This document shows, piece by piece, positions 1 through 13,664 of a stretch of DNA of 64,000 nt. Every line of letters begins with the position of its first letter. The stretch's first letter is position 1. The notes beneath the pieces were generated by a model. That model saw only the letters and a list, made by a program, of their open reading frames with translations. It was not told where the DNA came from and did not search any database. Source of the stretch: Rhina ancylostomus (lineage: Eukaryota); NCBI GenBank assembly GCA_030265395.1, contig JARFYF010000063.1, positions 44,275,175 through 44,339,174 on the forward strand, read 5' to 3'. The translations under genes and the position numbers were made by a program.

Positions 1-330
1 AGGAACATTTAAGAGACTCTTAGGTACATGAATGATAGAAAAATGGAGGGCTATGTGGGAGGGAAGGGTTAGATCGATCTTAGAGCAAGGTAAAAGATAG
101 GCATAACATCATGGGCCTGTACTCTGCCCATTCCAGGTATCAGTTTAGTAAACTTTCTCTCAGCTGCTTCCAAAACGTGAGCATTCTTCCTTAAATAAGA
201 TGTGGTCTCACTAGTGATGCGTACAACTGAAGCGTAGTTTTCCTGCTTCAATATTCAATTCTCCTTGCAATAAATGATAACATTCTATTAGCTTTCCTCA
301 TTACTGACTGCACCTGAATACTAGCCTTTG
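1..330. mobile_element. CR1-like LINE fragments (+ strand 3' tail at about 1-125, - strand piece after it)
   Basis: atttaagagactcttag...ggcataacatcatgggcc resembles the CR1 tails at 3460-3600 and 52630-52710. Confidence 0.55.
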
Positions 331-369
331 GTGAATCATGCACTTATTCCATTTTATACCTTCCATGTT

Positions 370-780
370 CCTATCAATTCCAGCCCAGGTTCTGTCACTC
401 ACCTAGGGGCAATTCATAATGGACAATTAACCTACCAACCAGCACTTCCTTGGATATGGGAGGAAATGGGGATACCAAGAGGAAATCCAAGTGGTCCTAG
501 GGAGAACAGAAACATAGAAAACCTACAGCACATTTCATGCCCTTCAGGCCACAAAGTTGTGCTGAACATGTCCCTACCTTAGAAATTACTCGGCTTATCT
601 ATAGCCCTCTATTTTTCTAAGCTCCATGTACCTATTCAAAAGTCTCTTAAAAGACCCTATCGTATCGGCCTCCACCACCGTTGCTGGCAGCAGTGCTATC
701 TGTGTGGAGTTTGCACAGTGGTTAGGATCGAACCCAGGTGCTGGAACTCTAAGGCAGCAGCTCTGCTATTTGTATCACTG
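370..780 (-). mobile_element. tRNA-derived SINE (HE1/V-SINE-like) interrupted by a CR1 3'-end fragment at about 508-690
   Basis: Reverse-complement similarity to the SINE at 13665 (aattaacct..., B-box ggatcgaacccag); insert starts agaaacatagaaaacctacagcaca. Confidence 0.65.
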
Positions 781-2189
781 CATTCCCTTAGATAGACTTA
801 AATGGACTCTAATCCCGAGTAGAGATAATCAAAAATTATATGAAACATTTTTTTGGGTGCACAGCCAGGTGAGACAGGTAGCTGTGGATCTCTGGTTTAA
901 GAGGTGAAACAGAATTAATATTCTGGGGCTTTGCTTGACTTGCCAATTTAGGGAAGTGGGTGAGGGGGAAGGAGCTGTACAGAGCCTTTATATCAGTGGT
1001 CGAGTGGAAACCTTCATGGAACGAGGAATGTGAAGGAGATGAGTTAAGTGGGGAAGGAGAAGAATTGAAGGGCTACCTCAGCTGAATATTTCTCGATGCT
1101 ATTACAAAGTAGATTTTTGTCATGTTTGAAGGGAGAACTCATGAATATTATTGGCAACATTTCTCTAGCATTAAGTGCTTTTTCAGAAGATGAACAGTAT
1201 CGTGGGGGCAAGTTTATAGTTGAGGCTGGGTGCATATGATATATATGTAGTTCAGAGAGATGTGAGAGTGGTGAGGGAAGAAAATAGTATCAATAATTGA
1301 GGGGTTACATTTACTCAACAAAACTAATCCTTGGCATTTAAACGTGCATACAGAACTGAAATACAACTTGAACAAATCAAAAAAGACTACATTTTTTTAA
1401 AGAAACAGTTTTTTTTAATAGTTCTTCAGCAAAGTACAAATCATTGAAAAGTAAATTACTGGTTCTCTGCTTCAGTATGTAATTGGCATTGAGATGCTAG
1501 TGGTTTCTTGCTAGGTTTCAGATCATATCTATTTTTAAGCCTACATTAAATGATGCTGATGTGTTATTTCAGGGGTGATTGCATGTTTTCAAAACCACTT
1601 GAAATGTAGCTTTGCAGTACCTGCCCATTGATTAAATAAAATGTCACATTGAACAAATAAAAGTTAGTTCACTGGTTCCCTTTTCCTGTCTCTTACACAT
1701 TTAGTCTATTTAACATCCTTGAGGCTTGCAATGCACCAAGATGGAATGCTGGCAGAATGCATGCTCTACCAACTTGCATAGTCGCTCCCTTTCCTTGCTA
1801 ATTCTCTTTGTTAATTTATTTCTTCTGTAAATATAGCCATTGATTCAGAAATCTGGTATCAGGCATGAGAACAATGTGACCTGACCATTGCAGTTGTCTC
1901 TATGTAATTAGGGCCTTGGTGGCGCTGGAAGTGTTGCCTTGGGAAGGTTACTGACATTGGTTTCCTTGTTCTGTCAGTTGGTTTGGAGGATATTGCAGAT
2001 TTGGTGTGGGTAGTATCTATCTAGTATTTTGAAATGCCTGCTGTCGATAGTTTACGTCCCGGGCGTACAAGCAAGCAGGGATGATTGAAGTCTGATAATC
2101 CATGAGTTTTGGATCAGGTTTGAGTCTTGATCTTCCAACAGTCTTTTCCTCAGAATACTGAAGACGGTGTACTGAAGGTGATGGTGAAT

Positions 2190-2390
2190 TACCTCTTTGA
2201 TATGAGCCTTTCTGAAAGGTGGCTGGTGTCAAGCAAGGCTGTATCATTGCCCCAACAGTTTTCTCAATCTTACTCACTGCTGTGTTGCACTGCAACTCTA
2301 AGTGTCTTGCTGGAATGGAGCTGGTTCACAAAGCCACGTGAGTGGGAAGCTGTGCAACCTATGTTGCCTCTGACTCTGATCCAGGAGCAC
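2190..2390 (+). mobile_element. Degenerate RTE-clade LINE reverse transcriptase fragment
   Basis: Translates AGVKQGCIIAPTVFSILLTAVLH, an RTE-like RT motif. Confidence 0.65.
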
Positions 2391-3459
2391 CCCAAATTCA
2401 GTCTTTGTGCTGCACTGCACAGACAAAGCTTACTTATGCTCACGTTTGGAGATTGGGCTCCATTATTGTCCATTTGTTCACTGGAGGCTACAAGAGAATG
2501 GATCTCGTACTTAATATCTGCAAAGTAAATGTTTCCCCCTTGTGACACCTCTCTCTTATAATAAAGGTAAGCTTCTGGAAAATATCGGCCACTTCCCTAT
2601 TTTAGGAGCCATTTTTCAGCAAATCAGCAAAAACAGTGAAAAGTTTCACTCTGCATCTGAAGGACATTGTTGAATAATACTTGACACCAAACCGCATGTG
2701 AAACCAGGGCATATGACCAAAAAATATAGAAGCTTTAAGGGGCAACTTGTGAAAAGGGGAAAATGCTTAGGGAGGAATATCTAGAGCTTGGGCTTAGCAG
2801 ATGTGGTTGCAGTGATTTAAAAAAAGATTTTTTAAGAGGCCATAACTGGAGTAGTGGCAATGTCTTGGAAGGATGCAGGGCAGGGGGAGTTTATATGAAT
2901 AGGAAGGGGCAAGGCTACAGAGAGGTTTGGAAACATGGAAGAAAAAAATCAAAGTTTAAATTGGAGCCGTTATAGGGGAGAGAGCATGGGTGATGAGGAA
3001 TAGGATTTGGTGCAAGTCAGAGACTGGCAGCAGATTTTTGGATAATCTCAGATTTATGTCAGTAGACAGTGTTCCAGGTATATTTTGTGAATGAATTCCA
3101 ATCTATTTAATGTTTGGTAATAAATGGTTATCTCTAAATGCCTATTAATGATGCATATATTTTTTTTTACATTTGAGAGGAACACTTTTCCACAATCATT
3201 ATTCTGTTCTTCATAATGCTATGAAGTTGATTACATTCCTATTGACCAGAAAGCATTTTTCTGGAAAGCAAAGTTAAACTCCATGATAGTAATAAATTTA
3301 TAACAAATAAAGTGTGATTGCAGAAGCCACATTTTTCATTAGTTATAAATTGGACTTTCTATGAGTATCAAGACATATTCAGTTAAAATAGCATTTAAAT
3401 TGAGACAAATAACTGAAACCCCTAAGAATTAAGGTTGGCAACGTTTGTTCTAATCAAAT

Positions 3460-3600
3460 CATTTTAAGAGGCTTTCAGATAGACACATGGATGTGACCAT
3501 ATAGGCCATGTTTTGGCAGATGTGTTTAAATTGGTATCATGGTTGGCACAGACATTGTGCACTGAAGGACCTGTTCCTGTGCTGTACTGTTCTATATTCA
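3460..3600 (+). mobile_element. CR1-like 3' tail
   Basis: ggttggcacagacattgtg...gaaggacctgttcctgtgctgtactgttctat tail. Confidence 0.6.
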
Positions 3601-4057
3601 AAATTTTGTGGTGGGCAGATTGACAGACAAATGTAAGTTTCAATTTCGTTCCCGAAAAGAGATGATCAGTTCAAGTATTGGCAACATATTTGTTGCATAA
3701 TTTCACATTTGCAGTAGTTGTTTGCAGATTTTACTATTTGTAAAATGAATGCTTCTTACATAGCATCTTGTGTTGCTTGAATTGATCAATTTTGCAAATA
3801 ACTCATAGTTTCTTTACTGATTGTGATACATTTCATCAAAGAGACATTAAAAACATTTACTATTTATTTCTGTGACTACTAATTATATCACCACTGGTGC
3901 TAGGACATATAGCATTTGTCTGGAAGGAACTGTTAATCATTGGATTGGTTCAAGAATTTTTGTAATAAAAATTGGCATGGCATGTTGTAATGCTGATATG
4001 ATTTTGCTGCTCTTCTGGACATTAGTGAGTTTGATGCATTTTGTTTTCCACTTACAG

Positions 4058-4103
4058 GGACCAAGTATTGGAGATGTTTGATCATGCATATCAAAATTAC
4101 ATG
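4058..4103 (+). CDS. EDEM3: EDEM3 exon 2 (46 nt; DQVLEMFDHAYQNYM)
   Basis: ttacag|G...ATG|gtaagc; peptide matches the GH47 N-terminal motif QVLEMFDHAYxNYM. Confidence 0.95.
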
Positions 4104-4942
4104 GTAAGCTGCACCAATCCTTATTGAAATTCTTTTTTTTTGGATTGTATTTGATTTCACTTGTATTGCACATGGAAAATCTTGCATTTAAGCAATGCAG
4201 TTACATTGTCAGACTGATGTCAATCCAAAGCATAATATCAAACCATGTTGTAAAGTCCCACAGTTGGAGACCCTGTTACAGTTTTAAGACGCTTATAAGA
4301 TTAAACAGAGATTTGGTTATTTTGAGAGCATAGATCTTCCCACCTGTAGTCTTAACAATTTTCAAATTTATGGCTTGGAGCATGCACATATTCAGCAATT
4401 ACCCACACAGTCTTCTCATTGCAGTCTTATCATTGCAATGATTGCAGTGGAAAGTGATTTGGAATCCATAGCTTTTTATTTATTTGTAAAATCTTTAACA
4501 ATTTAATGGATGTGGAACTACTGTTATGCTTAAATGAAATGGACCCTCCAATAATGATGCAGTTATTTTGTGATGGAACAGGAACTACTTTCATCTTGTG
4601 CATCTGCAATGCAAAGGAATCAGAGTCAGTTCAGCATGATGTGCTAATGTGCGGAACTGGTTCATTAACTTTACAGTATTAACAGATGTGGTTATAAAAT
4701 TGGAAGCGCATCCAAAGTCCAACAAATGAATGGATTTCTATTGCTATTGACTCTATGAAGGCCAATACATTTTTCAAATATGCAGTACCAATCAACTACA
4801 TGAAATTTTATTAGGGCAGATGGTGGTGTACTGACATAAAGGTGCCATATGACATGCATAGAGCAGTGTGAGTAAGCAGCACAGAGCTGTATAGCTTATT
4901 CCTAGATTTATTTGGTTACAATGGAAGTAAAGCTGCTTTTAA

Positions 4943-5004
4943 CATATATATTATGTATATAATATTTATATATGTAGTATATATTTTTTTATATATATAT
5001 ATAT
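4943..5004. repeat. Imperfect (TA)n microsatellite
   Basis: Runs of atatatat interrupted by T tracts. Confidence 0.8.
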
Positions 5005-5059
5005 TTTTAAAAAGTAATTGTGTACAACTTTCGTGATCATGACTGACACCAGTGTAGTC

Positions 5060-5995
5060 ATGGAGGCAGAAGAAAGGAACAGGTATAGGCATTTTGCACT
5101 TCAGGACTCCTGCAATTTCTACAACTATTGTGGCTGATTCACTTCAATATCCTGATTCTGTCTTTTCCTTCAATCCTCTCATCACTTTAGCAGTGAGGAA
5201 AAATTCTACCATCTTGAATATATTTGCTGACTTTACCTCCATTGTCTTCTGCGGTAGAGAAGTTCACAGGTTCACTATCTTTTGAGTGAATAAATTTATC
5301 CTGATCTCAGTTCCTAATGGCATACCCCTACCCTAGACTGTGAACCCTGGTTCTGGACTCTCTGGCTTTGGGAACATCCTTCCTGTATCTATTCTGTCTA
5401 TTCCTGTTAGAATTTTGTAGGTTTCTATGAGATCCCGCTCCTCTTCTTAACTCCAGTGACCGTACGCCTAATTGATCTATGACAACCTCTCCTCGTACAT
5501 CAGTATGTTATTGCAGGAATCAGTCGAGTAAACCTTTTATTCCATGTTCTCTGTGGCAAGAATGGCATTCCTCCTCCAAGGAAATGAAAACTGCATTCAG
5601 AACTCCAGATGAGGACTCACCGGGGTCTTGAACAGCTGCCGGCAGATATCCTTGCTACTCCACACAAATACTCTTGCAATGAAGGCCAACATAGTATTTA
5701 CCTTCAATACAGCTTGCTCTACCTGAACATTTGCTTTCAGCAACTGGTGCATGAGAGCACCCAGGCCTTATTGCGCTTTTCTTTTTCCCAATCTAATACC
5801 ACTGACGTAATGTCTTTGTTTTTGGAACCAAAGTGGGTAATGTCAGATTTACCCATGTTAAACTACATTTGCCATTCATTTGCTCATTCCCCCAAGCTGT
5901 CTAAATTACACTGTAACCTCTTTGTGCCCTCCTCTCAGCTCACATTCCCTGCCCACCCCAACTTTGTGTTGTCTGCAAACTTGGAGAGGTGACAT
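5060..5995 (-). mobile_element. 5'-truncated decayed CR1 LINE
   Basis: gtgttgtctgcaaacttgga reads SKFADNT on the - strand; followed by CR1 ORF2 C-terminal and 3' features. Confidence 0.75.
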
Positions 5996-6819
5996 TTAGT
6001 TTTCCCTTATCCAAAATGTTCCCAAAATGATATCCAAAAATCAATTTGAAAAAAATGCCAATATAATGCAATACTATGTGGTTAAGTTGTGAACTGATAT
6101 GATGTATCTGTTTTTTTCTTCTACAGGCTCTATTTGAAATTGATTTGCCTATGATTACCTTGACTTTAGAGGAATACGTCTACCATTTGGGTGCTGAGAA
6201 AAAGGCTGATTGTAACTTTTTTGCTTGGTAGTGGATTTCACTATTCATGAGCTACTTAACTATGGAGTTGCAGTGAAGCTGCTTTGCTGCACTGAAAATG
6301 CTCCTGTCAGTCACCATTTCTTATTGGCTTTCATTTACAAACACTGTTGGCTGTTTGGTTGAATACCAAAGCCTACTCACAACATTCTACCAAGCAACAC
6401 AGAAAAATCTTTCAGAACAACTTAAGTAAAATATTAATTTTCTTTCATGCAATTGTACGTGTCTTTTGCTCTTTCCACCTGCAAATTACTTTTTTTTACA
6501 GGAACAGTCATATCACCAACATTTGTATCCCACAGATTGGATTATTGGTAATTTATGTGTGTGTTTTAAAACCAATGTGCATCCAAATGAATGCAGAATG
6601 TAAATTCTACATAGTTATCTCTTACCACAGGAATGTTTTTGTTTTCTTTTAATCAATTAAAACTGAAAAATTCAAACCTGAATCAGAATGTAATGGTTTA
6701 CATATTTTTGTGAGATGCTACTTCAAGATATTCCAAGTTAGTAGTCAACATACTGTTGGGTNNNNNNNNNNNNNNNNNNAAACCTAACTAAATATTCTGC
6801 TCAATAGGAATGCAAATGA

Positions 6820-7340
6820 AGGAATGTGAAAAGGTGTGAAATGCATGCTGTAGCCCAGCTAGTCAGGCTGCGCTAATAGAGAAAAACTGAGCCAATAACC
6901 ATATGGATGATCTATAGAGAAATGGCCTTTTGCAATGCAGACAGGGAAAGCAAGTTACCTAATGTTGCAGAATTCAGTATTGAGTCAGTAAGGCTAAAAC
7001 GTGCTCCAATGGAAGTTGAGGTGCTGTTCCTCAGGCTTCTGTTGGGTATCATTACGACAGTGCAGAATGCCACAGACAGATGAGTTAGAGTGGGGGAGGA
7101 ATGGAGAATTCAAAGGGCTGGCAATGGAGAGCTCAGAGTCACCTCTGCATAGCATTATCCAATCTGTATTTGGATCCTTCAATATAGGGGAGACGGCATT
7201 GTGTTCACCAAAGGCAGTACACTTCATCGGGAAAAGCACAAGTGAATCATTGCTTCACATGGAAGAATTTATAGATTGATGGATGGTGGGAAGGGAAGAG
7301 GTAAAAGGATAGAAGTTGAATTTCCTGGGGTTGGATGGGA
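6820..7340 (-). mobile_element. Decayed Penelope-like element fragment
   Basis: Shares aattcagtattgagtc...gaggtgctgttcctc blocks with 55100-55720; family assignment from recall of shark repeats. Confidence 0.45.
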
Positions 7341-10149
7341 GCATGCTCTGAAAAGGGCGTAGTTCATGAGAGACAAGTAGAGCAGGAAATTGCAAAGAGA
7401 AAGGGAGGAGGAGGAGGAGAAGGAAAGATATCTTTATTAGTCACATGTACACCGAAAAGATGCATCTGGTGGTGGAATCTTGCTGAAGTTGGCTTCAAAA
7501 GGTTATTGGATAAATACTTGAGGAAAATCTGAGGGCTTGTAGGAGAAAGAAGATGAATCAGCATATGCACAAACTTATGAATTATCTTCAGGATATCTTT
7601 CAATCAGAGCTGATGGGTATAAAGGAGAGAAATGAGGAGCAAAACGCAAAGATCTCAATGAAGTGGGAGTGTCTTGGAATTCTACCCCATGGTTGATTTT
7701 GCTGCTCATTGAGGGGTAGTAGGAGTATTCCAGGGCTGATTGTATCATCAACATTCCTACTTTGTTGCCTCTCTGATTCTCAGATGAGGAATCTTATTTC
7801 ATGTTTCTGGGATGATCATTTTTCATGAATGCTATAGAGAGGTACTCGCCCTGATAACAGAAACTGGAACCACTCACATTAATTCTGCTTCTTTGCCAAG
7901 CAGGTAGCAGATTAGTTATTCCAGTCTTCAACATCTGTGGTTTGCTTTTTTTTTGCTGATTATTTCCTGTTCCTGGTAAAGCAGGATATGAACAACTGGA
8001 TCAACAGGTCACAGTTCTGGTCATAGAATGTAAGACTATTGTAAAAAGACATTACAGTTCTGGATTGAAGGACATCATTTAAACAAAATCATTACTTTGT
8101 TTGAAAAACTGATTGGCTTTAATTTTTTTTTGTTTTTTTGTCTCTTAAGTACTAGGTTATAATTTCCATTTTACTGTAAATTCTGTGTATGCCTCGTTGT
8201 ATACATTACTCATAATTTATGAAGAGTAAATACAAATATTCCATATTTAATTTGCATATCTATTTTATTTTAATGAGTACACAAACCAGAATTCACATTC
8301 ACCTCTCACTTGAATGCTTGGATAATGTTCATATTATTAATATTAATTCTCTTAACAGAACAATTTAAAACTTAATCATGTTTTAATTTTTTACTTTATG
8401 CTTAAGTTCAAACAGTTTTAAGAATGCAATTCCTTTCACTATTTACTAGTAAAGGCTTGGCAGCTTCATAAATGGCAAAACAAAACATTTTGTGTAATTC
8501 GTAAGTAACTGGTTGATTAGTATGGGGTGTCCCTACTAAATCTGTTTGCTTTCTATTAGTTCTCTTTTGCTGGAAGTTCATCATTCAACATGCATATGTT
8601 CTGTACTGCCAACTGAAAACCTCAGGATGTGGGCTGGGATAGACTTTATGTTTACTTTACACATGTGCATTATTTCATCTAGGTGGGTAAATATTGCATT
8701 AATCCAAAGGGTTTAAACCTTGACTCAGAACAAGTAATTGTTCTGATATCTGCTTTCATACTGGTTCAGAAGGCTACAAAGTACAGGAGTTTATCTGTTT
8801 GCTGTTAAGTAACTAAAATGGGTAGAAGAGCAAATAAAGATTGCAGTTAGAACAATAAAAGGAGGAGCATAGACACGTATTAATTTGATACAAAATGAGT
8901 GAAATAGACTGTATAATGCACAAAAATATCAGAACTTTTAAATGCAAATAAATTGTTAAAAGTTGTTTCGCTAAGTGAGGGCAGAAGTAGAGGATCCCTC
9001 CTACAGAGGTAGAAGCAAATGACGTCTCCTTGACACTAATTATGTAATTGCAATTTAAAAAAAACAAAAACATAAAATCATAAAAGCAGATATAACCCAC
9101 TATCTGGAGGATTTACCACCATGTACGTTAAATGAATGGAGGGCCAAGATAAACATATTACACCTACATAAGAAGTTGTTAGAAAAATAGCTGGTGAATA
9201 GCTAACATAATGCCTATATTTGAGAAGGGAGATGAAACATCTCCAAGTAACTGGAGGTTTTATAAATGCAAATAGCAGCAATCTGGAATTGTTAAACTCA
9301 GTGTTCAGTCTGGAAAGCTCAATTCAAAGAATTAGACTCATTGTTCTTATCACTTGCATTGGGCTCCATGGGAAAAGTTTAGGAGGAAGAGGAGTGAGAG
9401 AGTAGAAATGAGAATTTTGAAAGGACAGATGATTGGAAGCTTGGTGCTACACTTGAGTATTGAACGCAAAGACCAATTAATATTTGGTCTCTTAGTATTC
9501 ATTGTTCACAACTGGGGAGACCACTTTGTGTTGCATCTTCTGTGTTTGCACAGGAAGATGCTGTTAGAAGGTGAAGGAGAGATGGATGTCTGGACTAGAG
9601 TGTTGGGAGAAAGCAATCCCTTGGCAGAGCACAAAGAGAAGAAGAAGGGAAATGCATTTGATAGCATAATGTTGGAGGTCCAGGAAATGGTGGAACAAAA
9701 TCTTCAGGATTTCTGGTCATCTGTTTTCCCCTGGTTAGCTCTGTTACTGTTTTTCTTCTTTCTTTACGTAAGCTATCTACCAAAAATGACTTTTATCCCC
9801 ACATCTTTTGCTGGAACAGTTGTGTCCAGCTCTGATATATTCTGCTTGGATTCCAGATGAAATCCCTCATTTCCTGAGTTGAATCCACCCACGGTTGTTG
9901 TTTGTAATTCATTGTTCTTTGTCCCACTGCTCTTGCTGCATCTTGAGATCATGTTCAACAATGTGCTGTCACATGTAAACTCTCAGCCTCCTTCTTCAGC
10001 AACTCTCTTTCTTGAAGCTGAGTTTGCGTGCAGTTCTATATTCTTCCCCTCGTATAGCAATTTTTAAGTTTGCTTTTCTTTCTTGTGAAATGTGAAGACA
10101 CCAGCACCAAACCATGTGGCACACTACTCAGAGTATCTTGTCAATCTGA

Positions 10150-10560
10150 AAACTGCCCAATTCTGGCTACTGTTTCCTATTAGCCAACCAGAGTTCTACC
10201 CCTGAAGATATGTTTCCTCCTTCATCCCCTAGCTTGTCAAAATCTATCTAACAATGCCATAAAAAAATATTCAGGGACCCTGCTTATACCTTTCTTGTGA
10301 GGAAAAGAACACTCATAACCGTATGAGAGAACAAAAATCTCCTTTCTTCTGTCTTAAATTATTTCTATATAGTGACTCCTAGTTTTAAATTCTCCCACAG
10401 GAGGAAACATCCTTTCCGTATCTACCCTGTCAAGACTCTTCAGGATCCAGATACCAGTCTTGTAAACCTTTTCCGCTTTGCTTTCAACGTACTAACAACC
10501 TTCCTTAAGTAAGGAGAGCAGTGCTGTAGACAATATTCCGGATGGGATCTCACCAAGTAT
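10150..10560 (-). mobile_element. Decayed CR1 fragment
   Basis: ggaaacatcctttccgtatctaccctgtcaag and acaatattccggatgggatctcacc blocks parallel the 5060-5995 copy. Confidence 0.6.
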
Positions 10561-10766
10561 GATTAATTTCTTTACAGAATGAGTTTTCATGAAATTTGAT
10601 GCACGCAGAGTGCAATTGCATGGTTTGAACTGCTTTGGAATAGTAGTATTCTCAGTATTTTCAGAATATTGTTCTCTTACTTGAATATTTTTTATCCAAT
10701 TGATAAATTCTAATGTTTAAATCTATATATAGAGCAAGATTGACATTTTGTTTTGGATTTGTGCAG

Positions 10767-10867
10767 GAACATGCTTACCCAGCTGATGAACTAATGCCTC
10801 TGACATGCCGTGGCCGTGTGCGTGGCTTGGAACCGAGTCGGGGTGACGTGGATGATGCACTTGGCAA
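10767..10867 (+). CDS. EDEM3: EDEM3 exon 3 (101 nt; [34 protein letters not shown])
   Basis: tgcag| acceptor and |gttagt donor; EDEM3-type peptide. Confidence 0.97.
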
Positions 10868-12254
10868 GTTAGTGCTGCTTTTTACTAATTCTCCCTGTTA
10901 GTCTCAGCACTTGTTCTCAAACGTCCTGAAGAAAGTGTGGAACGCAAGTGAAAGTAGAGTTTAGATTAAGTCAGAATTGTACAGTAGATGTGTTTAGATA
11001 CTGAATCTTCTTTTATTATTCGAGGAAGCAGGAGTTGGAAGATTGAGCTCCTATTCAACCTGAAGGCTTTTAATTTTGAATCTTATAGTTACTTTTCATC
11101 TAGAGTGTGCTCACTGAAATTTAATTTTGACTTTTGCAAATTGATCTGTAAGGCATAGGTGGTGCAAAAAAGGAGCCTGAATCTCTGCACGATGCCATAT
11201 CAAAGGCTAAATGGCTTCTGGTAATATGGAAACTGATTTCCTGTGGACTCTTCAGGATGTATTTTACCATGCAGCAAATATTATACCTGGAGCTCATTTT
11301 CCACTAAGTTACAAAGATCTAGAATGTGGTTGTGCTTTTATAATCTGAAACCATAAGTATTCCAAAGGCAAGTGTTGTCTCAAAATTCAAAGTAGTTCCA
11401 GTTGAGGGTGAAAGATGAGATAGTAATATCATAAGTTGTTGGTGATTAAGATATATAAAGTTACCAGTCAGTGTGCAGAGTATTTAAAATAGTGTAACCC
11501 TAAGATGAAAATGAAAGGGAAGGGTTTCACAGGATCATCCATTCTGGGGGTTTTAAAGAACACTGGCAAGGCTGTTTAATGCCTGCCACAAATAAGTGAA
11601 GTGTTGTGGTGCACTCTTTGCCAATTTTTAACCATTGTTTGCCTTCAGTCTAACTGTGTTAGATTCTGATTTCCCCATTTTAAAAAAAGAAAAGAACTTG
11701 CATTTTTATTAATTGAATCTACCATCTTGTAGCTTCGAGGTGAGAATGCTGCAGCTGAGTCACTGCAACCATCCTCCTTGCATCTGTTTGAGGCAAACAA
11801 CCCCTTGCTCATTTATATGTCCAGCTGCTTAAATATTGAAATCAGCCTGACGTGAGGCATTGAAGGACTGGATGAGATGCCAAATTTTTTGTTAACCTCA
11901 TATTTCAACTGCTGAGAGCTCATTAATCAGATGCCAAATAGATATCAGTGAATTGAATTTCTCTCTGGTAAATCAAATCCTATTTACTGGTGATTTGAGA
12001 ATTGCATTCCACAATTCTGCTCTTTCTATGGAAAATGCAAAACAATTGTTCTGGCTGTCAGTTAATCTTGCATGAACAGTTGTACTGACTGCCCATTTTC
12101 TTTGGCTGATTTTTATATATTTAGCTGTGAATAGAATACAAAATATCTGGAACTGCATTAATTTAATATTGAAGTCATCATGTAAACTCTCATTGGCATG
12201 CATCTAAAACTGTTCATTTCACCCTCGGGTTAATAGTTATTTATTTTCTTTCAG

Positions 12255-12294
12255 ATTTTCTTTGACTTTAGTTGACACTCTGGATACTCTCGCA
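12255..12294 (+). CDS. EDEM3: EDEM3 exon 4 (40 nt; FSLTLVDTLDTLA)
   Basis: tttcag| and |gtaagt; phase continues from exon 3. Confidence 0.96.
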
Positions 12295-12378
12295 GTAAGT
12301 GAAAGCTTTTAGTTCAAAATATATTGCAGAACAAAGAACCAGGAAGACACACTGAATAAAATGCTTTTGTGTTTCCAG

Positions 12379-12491
12379 CTGCTGAATCAAGTAGAGGAAT
12401 TTGAAGTTGCTGTGAAAAAGGTTATCAATGATGTTCACTTGGATAATGATATTGTCGTCTCAGTCTTTGAGACTAATATTAGGGTGTTAGG
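12379..12491 (+). CDS. EDEM3: EDEM3 exon 5 (113 nt; [38 protein letters not shown])
   Basis: ttccag| and |gtaagt; contains the catalytic motif FETNIR. Confidence 0.97.
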
Positions 12492-12613
12492 GTAAGTACA
12501 AGTAATATTTGAAAAAGTGCTTTGTAAATAGATTACATAAAGAAATATCAGAATATAATATAAAAGTGCAAAAGAGAAGTCTGTGAGATGCCAATAACGA
12601 TTTCACTTGCTAG

Positions 12614-12767
12614 AGGTTTGCTGGGAGGCCACGCCATGGCTACTATACTGAAAGAACAAAGTGAGCAGATGCAGTGGTATAATGATGAGCTTCTCTACAT
12701 GGCAAAGGAACTTGGCTACAGATTGCTACCAGCATTCAATACTACCAGTGGACTTCCATACCCCAGG
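12614..12767 (+). CDS. EDEM3: EDEM3 exon 6 (154 nt; [14 protein letters not shown]...[15 protein letters not shown])
   Basis: gctag| and |gtaagt; inside ORF 12588..12794. Confidence 0.97.
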
Positions 12768-13664
12768 GTAAGTCATACTCTTCATTTGATTTAATTCAAT
12801 AATTTATAAACAGTAGACAGTCTGCAGTGCTGTGACATTTCTACAGATCAATTGAGCCTAGAGGGTGAGGAATAACTGGATCAATGCTAAGGGATGGCGG
12901 TACCATAGAGGAGTATATATGGAGAAGAAAGGACAAAGGTGAGGAGTGACGAGAGGAGGAACAAAGGAATGGATGTGATGGTGACAAGAGTGCCAAAGAG
13001 AGACAGGGAAAGGAGAAGCTTTTTCTTTCTCTGGAAGTGCTATTAGATATAGTTAGGCAATTGGAATTTGGGACCTGGGGCAGGGAAATGTGCATCACCA
13101 GGTCCCTCATCCCAAATTACACTGACTAAGGTGAAGAGTTGTTAACCTTTTGAGGTGAGCAATGTGGAGATGCATCATTATGACAGACTTGACCACACTA
13201 CTGAAGGGTCCAGTTAAAAGAGGTGAAGAGGCCAGGATGTACTGCAGCCAAGCCTTCTGAGAGGAGTGGAGGTACACTGGGTTTGCATGCAGTTGCTAAG
13301 AATAGTGATTCATTAGTAACAGTAATGCTTTTTGGGGGCATACCACATGACTTTTTTAATTTGGACAGCTGTTGAAAAAATACAACTACAGTATCCAACG
13401 CCTACACCACAGCAATACTGGGGTGAATTTAACACTTAGCAAAGTCCACCTTGTATAAAGCTTACTTAAATGCTCCAAGTTTTCCAACTGTTTTACTTCA
13501 TTCTGGTGCTTGATATCGCAGTTATAGTATTGCAATGCCACCCCTGTGATATGGAGATAATTCAAGCATAATAATCTCCACATACAATATTGTTGTTTCT
13601 CTTCTGGCTAAAGCCATATATCAGGGGAATTCACAGGCATAATTGGATACTGTACAAGAGCATA

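Noticed and set aside
1-4057. EDEM3 exon 1 and promoter
   Set aside because: No CpG island and no signal-peptide exon with a phase-2 donor were found; the region is repeat debris, so exon 1 is probably upstream of the window.
9354-9860. 168-aa ORF as an intronic gene
   Set aside because: No recognisable domain, a non-ATG start, and no supporting exon structure.
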